From assembly GCF_963921235.1 (NCBI RefSeq), contig NC_086097.1, positions 231,758,001-231,822,000 of the forward strand: a stretch of DNA of 64,000 bases, given 5' to 3'. Below the pieces are notes generated by a model. It saw nothing but the letters and a program-made list of their open reading frames with translations, was not told where the DNA came from and searched no databases. Origin of the DNA: Mobula hypostoma. Lineage: Eukaryota. Of this stretch, positions 10,650 to 22,650 are shown one piece after another. Position 1 is the stretch's first letter. Each line of letters opens with the position of its first letter. The position numbers and the translations under genes were made by a program.

Positions 10650-12139
10650 CAACAAACGCAAAAACTGCTGGTGAACGCAGCAGGCCAGGCAGCATCTCTA
10701 GGAAGAGGTACAGTCGATGTTTCAGGCCGAGACCCTTCGTCAGGACTAACTGAAAGAAGAACTAGTAAGAGATTTGAAAGCGGGAGGGGGAGGGGGGGAT
10801 CAGAAATGATAGGAGAAGACAGGAGGGGGAGGGGTGGAGCTAAGAGCTGGAAAAATCATGGGAAGGGAAGCCTGGGGAGAGAGAAAAGGAGGGAGGGGAG
10901 CCCGGAGGATGGAGAGCAGGCAAGGACTTATAGTGAGAGGGACATAGGGAGAAAAAAGAGAGAGAGAGAAAAAAGGGGAGGGGAATATATCTAAATAAAT
11001 AAGGGATGGGGTACGAGGGGGAGGTGGGGCATTAACAGAAGTTAGAGAAGTCAATATTCATACCATCAGGTTGGAGGCTACCCAGACGGAATATAAGGTG
11101 TTGTTCCTCCAACCTGGGTGTGGCTTCATCTTTACAGTAGAGGAGGCCGTGGATAGACATATCAGAATGGGAATGGGATGTGGAATTAAAATGTGTGGCC
11201 ACTAGGAGATCTTGCTTTCTCTGGTGGACAGAGTGTAGGTGTTCAGCGAAAGAAGGCCACATCGGGAGCACCGGACGCAGTATATCACCCCAGCCGACTC
11301 ACAGGTGAAGTGTCGCCTCACCTGGAAGGACTGTTTGGGGCCCTGAATGGTGGTAAGGGAGGAAGTGTAAGGGCATGTGTAGCACTTGTTCCGCTTACAC
11401 GGATAAGTGCCAGGAGGGAGATCAGTGGGGAGGGATGGGGGGGTACGAATGGACAAGGGAGTTGTGTAGGGAGCGATCCCTGCGGAAAGCGGGGGGAGGG
11501 GGAAGGGAAAGATGTGCTTAGTGGTGGGATCCTGTTGGAGGTGGCGGAAATTACGGAGAGTAATATGTTGGACCCGGAGGCTGGTGGCGTGGTAGGTGAG
11601 GACCAGGGGAACTCTATTCCTAGTGGGGTGGCGGGAGGATGGGGTGAGAGCAGGTGTGCGTGAAATGGGAGAGATGCGTTTGAGAGCACAGTTGATGGTG
11701 GAGGAAGGGAAGCCTCTTTCTTTAAAAAAGGAAGACATCTCCTTCGCCCTGGAATGAAAAGTCTCATCCTGAGAGCAGTTGCGGCAGACGGAGGAATTGC
11801 GAGAAGGGGATGGCATTTTTGCAAGAGACAGGGTGGAAAGAGGAATAGTCCAGATAGCTGTGAGAGTCAGTAGGCTTATAGTAGACATTAGTAGATAAGC
11901 TGTCTCCAGAGACAGAGACAGAAAGATCAAGAAAGGGGAGGGAGGTGTCGGAAATAGACCAGGTAAACTTGAGGGCAGAGTGAAAGTTGGAGGCAAAGTT
12001 AATGAAGTCAACGAGCTCAGCATGCGTGCAGGAAGCAGCGCCAATGCAGTCGTCGATGTAGCGAAGGAAAAGTGGGGGACAGATAACAGTATAGGCTTGG
12101 AACATGGATTGTTCCACAAAGCCAACAAAAAGGCAGGCA
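10650..12139 (-). mobile_element. 5'-truncated Penelope-like element, Neptune-type (RT C-terminus, Cys linker, GIY-YIG remnant, 3' repeat with hammerhead at 10711-10747)
   Basis: FLRYIDDC, VYYKPTDSHSYLDYSSFHP, CKRNKCYTC, GVIYCVRC. TSD GGTCCATTATTAAG / GGTCCATTACTAAG (10636-10649, 12140-12153), inside a Rex-type 3' fragment. Confidence 0.92.
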
Positions 12140-12485
12140 GGTCCATTACTAAGGACCTCCAGCACCCAGGGCATGCCCCTTTCTCACTGTTACCATCAGG
12201 TAGGAGGTACAGAAGCCTGAAGACACACACTCAGAGATTCAGGAACAGCTTCTTCCCCTCTGCCATCCGTTTCCTAAATGGACTTGAACCCATGAACACT
12301 ACCTCACTTTTTTAATATACAATTATTTCAGTTCAATACAGATATATGGTAAATCAATTAATTAATTTTATTATTATTATTATTATTATTTTCTTCTTCT
12401 TTATATTATATATTGCATTGAACCGCTGCTGCTAAGTTAACAAATTTCACGACACATGCCGGTGATAATAAACCTGATTCTGATT
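12140..12485 (+). mobile_element. Rex-Babar/L2-group 3' end (host of the PLE; begins ~10545)
   Basis: SITKDLQHPGHAPFSLLPSGRRYRSLKTHTQRFRNSFFP. Tail AATAAACCTGATTCTGATT. Confidence 0.85.
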
Positions 12486-12992
12486 ATCATCGAGTAGAAG
12501 AAAAGTGGGGGAGTTCTGTAATATCCTAGCGTCTTTCTCACTGTGATCAGACTATTTATTTTGCTCTTGCCTGCATTGTAAGCGAAGGGATGGCATTCAT
12601 GGCATACAGGCTCTCTGTTGAATTTGGTCAATATGCTCTGGTTTGGTTGGCACCATAACTGATGTACCAGGCTCCCCTAAGTTCACCCAACAATGTCAAC
12701 AAGCTGCAGAGCTGCCAGGAAGAATGAAGAGGGGTGGGGGAAATATCAGTGAAACCTATAGAATATTGTAAGGCCTAGATACAGTGGATAAGAAGTAGCT
12801 GTTTCATATAATAGCAGAGTCCAGGACTAGAGGGCAGAGCCTCAGATTACAGGAACATCCCTTTACAACAGAAATGAGGACAGGAATTTCAAGTTCAAGT
12901 TCAGTTTATTGTCATACAAATGTACACATTTATACTGTCAAATGAAACAACATTCTTCTGGACCAAGATGCACAGCATGGTGTAACTCACAG

Positions 12993-13270
12993 TGGGGCGG
13001 CATGGCAGTGTAATGGTTAGCACCAGTACAGGTGACCCGGGTTCAATTCCTGGAAGGAGTTTGTACGTTCTCCTCGTGACCACACGGGTTTCCTCTGGGT
13101 GCTCCGGTTTCTTCCCACAGTCCAAAGACGTACCGGTTGGTAGGTTAATTGATCAATGTAAATTGTCGCGTGATTAGCCTAGGATTAAATTGGGGGATTT
13201 CTGACAGTGTGACTCGATGTTCCGGCCTATTTCATGCTGTATCTGAATTATATTACCACAAATAAATTAA
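12993..13270 (+). mobile_element. tRNA-derived V-domain SINE
   Basis: GGGGCGGCATGG...GGTTCAATTCC, then GGAGTTTGTACGTTCTC...GGGTGCTCCGGTTTCTTCCCACAGTCCAAAGAC. Confidence 0.85.
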
Positions 13271-13299
13271 CAAATAATAAGGTGCATTTCTGATACACG

Positions 13300-13540
13300 T
13301 TAAAAAGTAAACAGTATAACAGTACTGGCACTTCATACGTGATGAGACCTGGGTAGTGGTAGGGAGTTCAGTAGACTTATGACCTGGGGGAAGAAGCTGT
13401 TTCCTGTCCTAACAGTTCTTGTCCTAATGCTACGGTACCTCATGCCAGATGGTAGGGGAGTCAAAAAGATTGCTGGATGCATGGGAGGGATCATTAACAA
13501 TGCTAAGGCCCCGACATATGCAGCACTCCTTCTAAATATC
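13300..13540 (-). mobile_element. Rex-Babar/L2-group 3' fragment
   Basis: PLPSGMRYRSIRTRTVRTGNSFFPQ (ORF 13333..13578). Confidence 0.75.
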
Positions 13541-13710
13541 TCTAATGGTAAGATGAGGGAACACAAACCAATCCTCATCGAGGAATCAGAGATGAAGAGA
13601 GTAGCAATTTAAGTTCATGGGTGTCAATATCTCTAAGGATCTAACCTGGTCCCAACATATTGATACAGCTACAAAGAAGGCAAGACAGCAGCTATATTTC
13701 ATTTGAAGAG

Positions 13711-15432
13711 GCAAACACGAGGAATTCTGCAGATGCTGGAATTTCAAGCAACACACATAAAAGTTGCTGGTGAACACAGCAGGCCAGGCAGCATCTCTAG
13801 GAAGAGGTACAGTCGATGTTTCGGGCCGAGACCCTTCGTCAGGACTAACTGAAAGAAGAGATAGTAAGAGATTTGAAAGTGGGAGGGGGAGGGGGAGATC
13901 CAGAATGATAGGAGAAGACAGGAGGGGGAGGGATGGAGCTAAGAGCTGGACAGGTGATTGACAAAAGGGATATGAGAGGATCATGGGACAGGAGGCCTAG
14001 GGAGAAAGAAAGGGGAAGGGGGGAAGCCCAGAGGATGGGCAAGGGGTATAGTGAGAGGGACAGAGGGAGAAAAAGGAGAGAGAGAAAAAGAATGTATGCA
14101 AATAAATAAATAACGGATGGGGTACGAAGGGGAGGTGGGGCATTAGCAGAAGTTTGAGAAGTCAATGTTCATGCCATCAGGTTGGAGGCTACCCAGACGG
14201 AATATAAGGTGTTCTTCCTCCAACCTGAGTGTGGCTTCATCTTGACAGTAGATGAGGCCATGGATAGACATGAAGGAGATGTCCTCCTTTTAAAAGAAAG
14301 GGGCTTCCCTTCCTCCACCATCAACTCTGCTCTCAAACACATCTCTCCCATTTCATGTACATCTGCTCTCACCCCATACTCCTGTCACCCCACTAGGAAT
14401 AGGGTTCCCCTTGTGCTCACCTACCACCCCATCAGCCTCTGGGTCCAACATATTATACTCTGTAACTTCCGTCACCTCCAACAGGATCCCACAACTAAGC
14501 ACATCTTTCCCTCCCCCCCTTCCCCCCCCCAGATTTCCGCAGGGATTGCTCCCTACGCAACTCCCTTGTCCATTCGTCCCCACCATCCCTTCCCACCAAT
14601 TTCCCTCCCAGCACTTATCCTTGTAAGCGGAACAAGCGCTACACATGCCCTTACACTTCCTCCCTCTCCACCATTCAGGGCCCCAGACAGTCCTTCCAGG
14701 TGAGGCGACACTTCACCTGTGAGTCGACTGGGGTGATATACTACGTCCGGTGCTCCCGATGTAGCCTTCTATATATTGGCGAGACCCGACGCAGGCTGGG
14801 AGACTGTTTCGCTGAACACCTACGCTCTGTCCGCCAGAGAAAGCAGGATCTCCCAGTGGCCACACATTTTAATTCCAAATCCCATTCCTATTCTGATATG
14901 TCTATCCACGGCCTCCTCTACTGTCAAGATGAAGCCACACTCAGGTTGGAGGAACAACACCTTATATTCTGTCTGGGTAGCCTCCAACCTGATGGCATGA
15001 ACATTGACTTCTCTAACTTCCATTAATGCCCCACCTCCCCCTCGTACCCCATCTGTTATTTATTTATCTTTTATTATTATTAATAATTTTTTTTCTCGCT
15101 CTGCTTTTTCTCTCTCTGTCCCACTCACTATACTCCTTGCCCACCCTCTGGGCTTCCCCCCTCCCTCTTTCTTTCTCCCTAGGCCTCACGTCCGTCCCAT
15201 GATCTTCTCGTATCCCTTTTGCCAATCAACCGTCCAGCTCTTAGCTCCACCCTTTCCCCCTCCTGTCTTCTCCTGTCATTTCGGATCCCCCCTCCCCCTC
15301 CCACTTTCAAATCTCTTACTATCTCTTCTTTCAGTTAGTCCTGACGAAGGGTCTTGGCCTGAAACGTCGACTGTACCTCTTCCTAGAGATGCTGCCTGGC
15401 CTGCTGCGTTCACCAGCAATTTTTATGTGTGC
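13711..15432 (+). mobile_element. Neptune-type PLE with inverted 5' copy of its 3' end; GIY-YIG endonuclease region open; hammerheads at 13810-13846 (-) and 15337-15372 (+)
   Basis: ORF 14700..15026 GVIYYVRCSRCSLLYIGETRRRLGDCFAEH...E...GMN. 13752-14271 is the reverse complement of 14898-15431. Confidence 0.92.
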
Positions 15433-15709
15433 AGCCTGAAAGGTCACCTGTTTATTCCTCTCCACGAAGGCTGTGTGACCTGCTGGGTTCCTCCAGCATT
15501 TTGTGTGTGCGGGCAGATGGTGCAGGCCTACATACCTAACATACGTATCATGCACCTCCTGCCTCACTTGTGGCAGAGTCTGCAGGTCTCTACAGCCACC
15601 TCAAAACGGGATTGGAACCAAATGATCCTTGACCCACAGGAGTCAATCATGGTTGATAGCTGATGCCAGATACACAGCTGCAGTTAGAATTTTCACCTCT
15701 ATTTTATAG

Positions 15710-16610
15710 AATATTTTAAGATCGTCCAGCTATAGGAAGAATGTCATTAAGCTGGAAAGGGTGCAGAAAAAAATCACGAAGATGTTAGTCGGACTGAAGG
15801 GCTTGGGTTATGAGAAGAGTCTGGGTAGACTGGCACTTCTTCCCCTGGACCATTAGAGGCTGAGTGGTGAATTTTCCCCAGTATGAAGGACTCTTACACT
15901 CGGGGGCATAGTTTAAAGTGAGAGGGTTGAACTTTAAAAGGGACTTGAGGGGATTTTTTAAAATCAAGTGATTATGGTGGGTATATGGAATGAGTTGCCA
16001 GAGGAAGCTATAGAAGATGGTACAATTAAAATGTTCAAAATATACTTATACAGGTTGAATCACCAACAAGAGGTTTCTCAAACTTCTGGTAATTGCCTAT
16101 TCCCTTCTCCTTTGCCATTCCCCATTCCCATTTCCCTCTCTCTCCTTATCTCCTTCCCTGCCCATCACCTCCCTTTGGTGCTCCTCCCCATTCCCCTTCT
16201 TCCATGGCCTTCTGTCTTCTCCTATCAGATTCCCCCTTCCCCACACCTTTACCTCTTTCACCAATCAACCTCCCAGCTCTTTACTTCACCCCTCCCCCTC
16301 TCCCAGCTTCACCTATCACCTACTATCTTTTGCTTCTCCCTTTCCTCTCCCACCTTCTTACTTTGACCTCATCACTTTCTCTCCAGTCCTGAGGAAGGGC
16401 CTTGGTCTGAAACGTTGACTGTTTACTCTTTTCCACAGACACTGTCTGACCTGCTGTGTTCCTCCAGCATTTTGTGTGTATACTTATACAGGTGCACGGA
16501 TAAGAAAGGTTGAGAGGGATATGGGCCAAATCCATCAACTGAGATAGAGTGGATAGACATCTTGGTCCAAAGGGCCTGTTTCCATGCTGTACTGTTTATA
16601 AGACTCTATA
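15710..16610 (+). mobile_element. CR1 3' fragment interrupted by an older PLE 3' end (16056-16478; hammerhead 16384-16421)
   Basis: CR1 VGIWNELPEE motif. PLE insert flanked by the perfect 15-nt TSD TATACTTATACAGGT (16041-16055, 16479-16493). Confidence 0.85.
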
Positions 16611-17414
16611 ATTCTAAGATGGTTCATAGCCTAATTAAGAAAATGTAGTCTACTTATTGTTTAACAAAAACACCATTATGCTATTGTGCTTAACTCGATT
16701 GTAGTAGATCTACAATTAACTCGAGTACTTACTAAGATTATTGTGTTAAAAACATTTAAAGCTCTGTGCTTAAATAATTCAAACAAATGCACCTGAAGCC
16801 ATAAATTACGACTCTTCACCTAAGAGGGAAACTTTAAATAAAGACCTGTGTTAATGGCTTGGCTACCTACAGACAGGTGAAAACCCAAAGCAGACACTGG
16901 GCTGATGAACAGGCCTTCAGATGCTCTGTTAAAGATTATCCAGCGTCGAATGCTACTGCCCACATTCTCCCAAACCTTGGCAGCCAGGTTCTAATGACTC
17001 AATTTAATTCAAGCTAACTTGACTTCATTGAAATCTCTACATAACCATCTCCCCTACCAGTTTCTTAGCAACAAAAGAATGAATTGGAGACAAAATTAAA
17101 CTTTGCACTTTAACAACCATGTCCACTTTGAAATATTTCAATCGTCACATCAACATCATGTGGACATTAATCATAAGTTAAAATCCAACCTGCACACCTC
17201 TTCCCTTCCCCAATTCCTGTATAATTCCATTTCATCATCATGTGCTGTAACTTTGAACTCTGAGATCATCAGTTCATCTTTAGCCTTCAGAGTCACTATC
17301 TTCATGCAGTTTGTATAAAAAGGACAAGGAGGGAACTCTTACAAATATGGACTGTGTTTATACTTAGTGTTCAAAATCCTTTAAGCAATTCACTCTTGGA
17401 AAATGAGTAGCTCG

Positions 17415-17715
17415 GGTATTTGAGTTGTTCTCAGAGCTTGGCAGTTTACTTGTAAACGTTACATCACCTTGCGAGAAGACATCATCAGTGCTCTGTTAGT
17501 TGTGGTGTGTCCTCCAAATGCTTGGCCTTAATGTTCCTACGATGTAGTGGTTTCCTCCCTACATCACAACTGAGTTTCCATAATGGTGAGCAATTGATAA
17601 GTACATAGAGGCCAAGCCTTCAGAAAACACATTACAATTAACTTCACAATGTCTCCTTGTATGGTGATGAAACATTTGGAAGGAAATTGCCAAGATCGGA
17701 GCACAACTCAACCCA
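17415..17715. mobile_element. Degenerate inverted terminal repeats of a second PLE family
   Basis: 17421-17530 and 17606-17711 are diverged reverse complements. Minus strand reads GCA-CTGATGA-TGTCTT...GGTGAT-GTAAC-GTT. Confidence 0.6.
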
Positions 17716-17734
17716 ACCAATTCACTCAGCTTTA

Positions 17735-18305
17735 GAACCACAGAACACTACAGCACAGAAATCAGGTCGTTCGGCCCTTCTAGTCTGTGCCGAAACATAA
17801 TTCTGCTGGTCCCATTGACCTGCATCCAGTCCATAACCCTCCAGACCTCTTCCATCCATGTACCTATCCAATTTATTCTTAAAATTTGATTGTGAGCCCA
17901 CACTTACCACATCAGATGGCTGCTCGTTCCACACTCCCACCACTCTCTGAGTGAAGTTCCTCCTAAACCTTTCCCCTTTCACCCTAAAGCCACGTCCTCT
18001 TGTATTTATCTCTCCTAATCTAAGTGGAAGGAGCCTATTCACATTTATTCTGTCTATACCCCTCATAATTTTGTAAACGTCTATCGAATCTCCCCTCATT
18101 CTTCTATGCTCCAAGGAATAAAGTCCTAACCTGTTCATTCTTTCCCTGTAACTCAACTCCTGAAGACCGGGCAAAATCCTAGTAAATCTTCTCTGCACTC
18201 TTTCAATCTTACTGATATCCTTCCTATGGTTAGGTGACCAGAACTGTACACAGTACTCCAAATTTGGCCTCACCAATGTCTTAAATAAGCTCCCCATAAC
18301 ATCCC
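17735..18305 (-). mobile_element. CR1 3' end
   Basis: ORF 17722..18297: LFKTLVRPNLEYCVQFWSP...RRMRGD...QRVVGVWN. Confidence 0.92.
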
Positions 18306-18349
18306 AAGATGTTAGAGTTAGCTTTATGTAAAATATTATTCAATTCTGG

Positions 18350-18640
18350 ACGATATAGACCCTCCCATCCCAGACATGCCCTTTTCCCATTGCTGCCGTC
18401 AGAGAGGAGGTACACAGTCTGGAGCTACACACTCAACATTTTAGGAACTGCTTCTTTGCCTCCACCATCAGATTTCTGAATGGTCCATGAACATTTCCTC
18501 ACTATTTTACTATCTTTTTGTACTATGTTTCTTTGTACTGTTTATTGTAACTTACAGAATTTTTTATATTGCACTGTTCTGCAGCCTCCAAACAAAATAT
18601 TTCACGACTTATGTCAGTGATAATAAATCTGATTCTGACT
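18350..18640 (+). mobile_element. Rex-Babar/L2-group 3' end
   Basis: DPSHPRHALFPLLPSERRY. Tail AATAAATCTGATTCTGA. Confidence 0.75.
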
Positions 18641-18699
18641 TGTTAACAATCATTTACTGATAAATTTTTGTGTATCGTTCTCTACATAAAAAAAATTGA

Positions 18700-19188
18700 A
18701 ACGGAGCCATTCCACAGCCTGGCCTCCTCTAGTGCCAAGATGAGGCCACCCTCAGAGTGAAGGAGCAGCACTTTATATTCCATCTGGGTAGCCTCCAGCC
18801 TGATGGCTTGAATATTGATTTCTCCTTTCGATAAAAAATGTATTCCCTCCCACTCCCCTGTTCTTCTATTCCCACCTCGGCCTTTCACCTCTCTTTGCCT
18901 GCCTATCACTTCCCCCGGGTCCCCTCCTCCTTCCCTTTCTCCCATGGTCCACTCTCCTCTCCTATCAGATTCCTTCTTCTCCAGCACTTTACCTTTCCCA
19001 CCCACCTGGCTTCACCTGTCACTTGGCTATCCTCCTTCCCCTCCCCCCACCTTTTCATTCCGGCGTCTTCCCCTTCCATTTCAGTCCTGAAGAAGGATCT
19101 CGGCCCAAAAGGTCAACAGTTTATTCATTTCCATAGATGCTGCCTGACCTGCTGAGTTCCTCCAGCATTTTGTGTGTGTGTTGCTGTG
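18700..19188 (+). mobile_element. Older PLE 3' end with degenerate hammerhead (19082-19120)
   Basis: EATLRVKEQHFIFHLGSLQPDGLNIDF, pyrimidine-rich UTR, CAGTC-CTGAAGA-AGGATCTCGGCCC-AAAA. Confidence 0.85.
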
Positions 19189-19584
19189 GTCCATCTGGCC
19201 CCATGTACCTGATCTATCACTCAATAAAGTCATTGCTGATCTTTCTTGCACTAATTTCATTTTCCTTGATTGCCTTAATATCTAAATTTTATTCTCTCGA
19301 ATATACTTATTAATGTAGCCTTCACAAATCTTTTGTGTAGAGAATTTGAAAGATTGAAGTGAAGGAATTCTGTTTGTTTCTGACCTGAATACTCAACCCT
19401 TTATTTTCATTCTAAACTCTGCAGCCAGGGTATATATCAAGTCCCCATGTATCTTGTCAAGCTCTGTAAGAATTGTGTAGGTTTCAGTGAGATCCCTTCT
19501 ATACCCCTTGACCTGTATATTTTTCCTTAGCTAGGGTGACCTAGACCAGGACACTATATTCCAAATGTACTGCAATAAGAACTC

Positions 19585-20385
19585 TCGTCGTTAGGTCACA
19601 TCTGGAATTTCCAGTTGGCGGGCGATTTCCCTCCACACCGCTCTGTCCCGACACTTGTCCACAACATCTTTAGTCTTATCCAGCTTGGTCCAATCCTTGA
19701 TGTTATCCAGCCACGTTGTTCTTTGCCTTTCTCTTCTTTTCTTTCCCTCCACCTTTCCATATAGCAAGTCTGACAAGATGTTATCTCTCTGTGTAATGTG
19801 TCCACAATAAGCAACTTTTAACTTCATAATCTTCTCCAGCAGTATCCGTGGTCTATCAACTTCGGACAAAACCCTCTCATTTGAAACTTTCTCTACCCAG
19901 CTGATCTTCAACATTTGTCGATAGCACCACATTTCAAAAGCATTAATTCATTTCATGTCACCCTTCTTCAGGGTCCATGTATCTGATCCATACCTCAGTA
20001 CAGACGATACGAAATACTCGAGGAAGCGGATTCTACTTTGGATGTCTACCTTCCAATTGCATAGTAGATCTTTTAGCTTCATGAATTGGGTCTTAGCCAT
20101 ACCTTTTCCCCTTCTGATCTCAACTTCACATCTCCCGTCATCTGTCAGACAACTGCCAAGATATTCAAACTTTCGCACCTGTTCAATGTCTTGTCCATTT
20201 ACTTGTGACGATACCATCATGAATGAGTCTTTAGTGTTTGTTTTGCTTACCACCATAAATTTTGTTTTCTTAGGGTTGATTTTAAATCTGTAGTCAAGGC
20301 TTTTCTCACTCACTTTATTCAGCATAATTTGCAGTTCGCATTCGTTGTCAGCTAATAACGTGGTGTCGTCTGCATACCTGATGAT
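19585..20385 (-). mobile_element. 5'-truncated RTE-clade LINE
   Basis: ORFs 19948..20427 and 19591..19932: IRYADD, INPKKTKFM, FEYLGS, YGSDTWTL, MWCYRQMLKISW, GKVEGKKRRERQRTTWLD. Confidence 0.9.
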
Positions 20386-20499
20386 ATCCACCTCCGTAGA
20401 GGTTGAACAAATCCGGCGATCCAACACAGCCTTGCCTTACGTCTCGTTTAATGCATGCCCATGGTGATAGCTCATCTTCTACCCTGACCGCCGCTTTCT

Positions 20500-20960
20500 G
20501 TTTCCCAGCCTCCAACCTCCTAACTTCTCCCTGTGTCCCTTCATGCCCTGACTAACCTAGAACCTATCAACCTCTGCCTTAAATATACCCAATGATTTGG
20601 CCTCCATAGCTGCCTGTGGCAATGAATTCCACAGATTCACCATTTTACGGCTAAAGAAATCCTTCCTCCTCTCTGTTCTAAATTGATGTCCCTCTATTCT
20701 GAGGCTGTGTCCTTTGGTATTAGGAAACATCCTCTCCACATCCACTCTATCAAGGCCTTTCAACATTTGATAGGTTTCAATGAGATCCCCCCCACCTCAT
20801 TCTTTTGAATTTCAGTGAGCCATCAAACACTTCTCATATGATAAGCCTTTCAATCTCAGAATAATTTTCGTGAACCTCCTTTAAGCCCTCTCCAGTGTCA
20901 ACATCTTCTTTCTTAGATAAGGGGCCCAAAACTGCTCTCAATACTCCCAAATGACTCACA
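20500..20960 (-). mobile_element. CR1 3' fragment
   Basis: MLKGLDRVDVERMFP...FFSRKMVNLWNSLP (ORF 20557..20766). Confidence 0.85.
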
Positions 20961-21483
20961 ATTTTTGTAAGTATATCCAGAAAGACATACTTACTGTATA
21001 GAATAGAGAATAGAATGAAGATGCTGGAATATGGAGTGAAAAACAAGCTCATGGAGAGCTCAGCAGGTGAGCCTCTTCAAATGGACTCTTTTTAAGGCTA
21101 GGTTCTTCCAGTGCACATGCAGGGTCTCAACACAAATGTCCATTTCACTCTACGGATGCTACCTGAACCACTGCGTTCATTCAGCAAGTTGTATTTTGCT
21201 TCACAGAAGCCTTATGGGCTGGATCATCGAGACCCCATTGGTGTCAGAGTTTCATGTAGCTGGTTCAGGTCAGAATTAGCCCCATCTATAAAATAGCTGA
21301 CAATGTATTTGACAACTAGGTAATGTTAAAAATCTTTTTCTTGACACTCAGCACAACTCAAAAAGCAACTAAAAATTAAAGTAAAAGTGAGAAATAAAGT
21401 CAAATTTTAAAATAGTATTTTAAATCTTTTTAAGTAAATTAAACAACAACTACGGCAGAAAATTAATTAAAAAGAAACGTAAC

Positions 21484-21726
21484 ATACATCAAAGTTGCTG
21501 GTGAACGCAGCAGGCCCAGCAGCATCTATAGGAAGAGGTGCAGTCGACGTTTCAGGCCGAGACCCTTCGTCAGGACTAACTGAAGGAAGAGTCCTGACGA
21601 AGGGTCTCGGCCTGAAACGTCGACTGCACCTCTTCCTATAGATGCTGCTTGGCCTGCTGCGTTCACCAGCAACTTTGATGTATGTTGCTTGAATTTCCAG
21701 CATCTACAGAATTCCTGTTGTTTGCG
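21484..21726. mobile_element. Head-to-head PLE terminal-repeat insertion with two intact hammerheads (21541-21577 -, 21590-21626 +)
   Basis: About 95-bp near-perfect inverted arms. Perfect 16-nt TSD TAAAAAGAAACGTAAC (21468-21483, 21727-21742). Confidence 0.92.
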
Positions 21727-22410
21727 TAAAAAGAAACGTAACTTCCTTGCAGCCATAAAGGGAATGGACTCACTGATCTGACACCAGGTCAGGCAAAAAC
21801 CTACAAACAGGTTCTCCACCTTAAATGTAAGGAAAACTTCACAAGCTTTTCTTCCCACAGGGACAAATCCTTCTGTAAGTGTGCTGACAGATTTGATGTC
21901 TGCAGTTGGTCAGTAAGTTCAGGACTTCCGTGTTCAATCTCTATCATACACAAATTTTCTGGCACTTAAAGTAAATGCCAGCCATTTGCTAGAAAACTAC
22001 TGGTAAAAGGTAAAAAAGTTGAATGGTAGTAATATACTTCGACCTTAGTTTATGAGCTTAAAATAAAGCTGTATCTGTTGGGTCTGAATGTGCTATCTCC
22101 TTAAGTGTTCTGTGAAAAGGGAAAAGGGTGAGAAATAATTGACAATAGCAGAGCAGTGTTTAATCATGTTAATTATCTTTAATTGCAACGTGTTTAAAAC
22201 TTATGGGTGAATGTTCATTAAGTTTAAACTTCCCCGTAGTCATAATGCTTCACAAGAGGAGAAAGTTGCACTCCTTATTAGTATACTGCTACGTTCAGGT
22301 TGGGTTTTGAAAACGATATGCTGATAACATTTTCTTGCCAGTTTTCTTTCCAGTTTTTTTTTAGGAATTATAGGGGAAGGACACAGAGATACACAGAGAC
22401 ACAGAGATAG

Positions 22411-22650
22411 AGTGGCACGGTAGCGTAGTAGTTAGGTCAATGCTTTACAGTAACATTGCTGCCTGTAAGGAGTTTCTACATTCTCCGAGTGCTCTGGTTT
22501 CCTCCCACAGTCCAAAGACGTACCGGCTGGTAGGTTAATTGGTCAATGTAAATTGTCCTGTGATTAGGTGAGGGTTAAATTAGGGGATTGCTTGGCAGTG
22601 TGGCTTGAAGGGCCAGAAGGGCCTATTCTGAGCTGTGTGACAATAAATGG
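22411..22650 (+). mobile_element. V-domain SINE
   Basis: GTGGCACGGTAGCGTAGTAGTTAG head and GGTTTCCTCCCACAGTCCAAAGACGTACCGG core. Confidence 0.8.

Noticed and set aside
11202..12230. 342-aa ORF as a novel gene
   Set aside because: Chimera of antisense Rex-type sequence and frameshifted PLE pol crossing the TSD.
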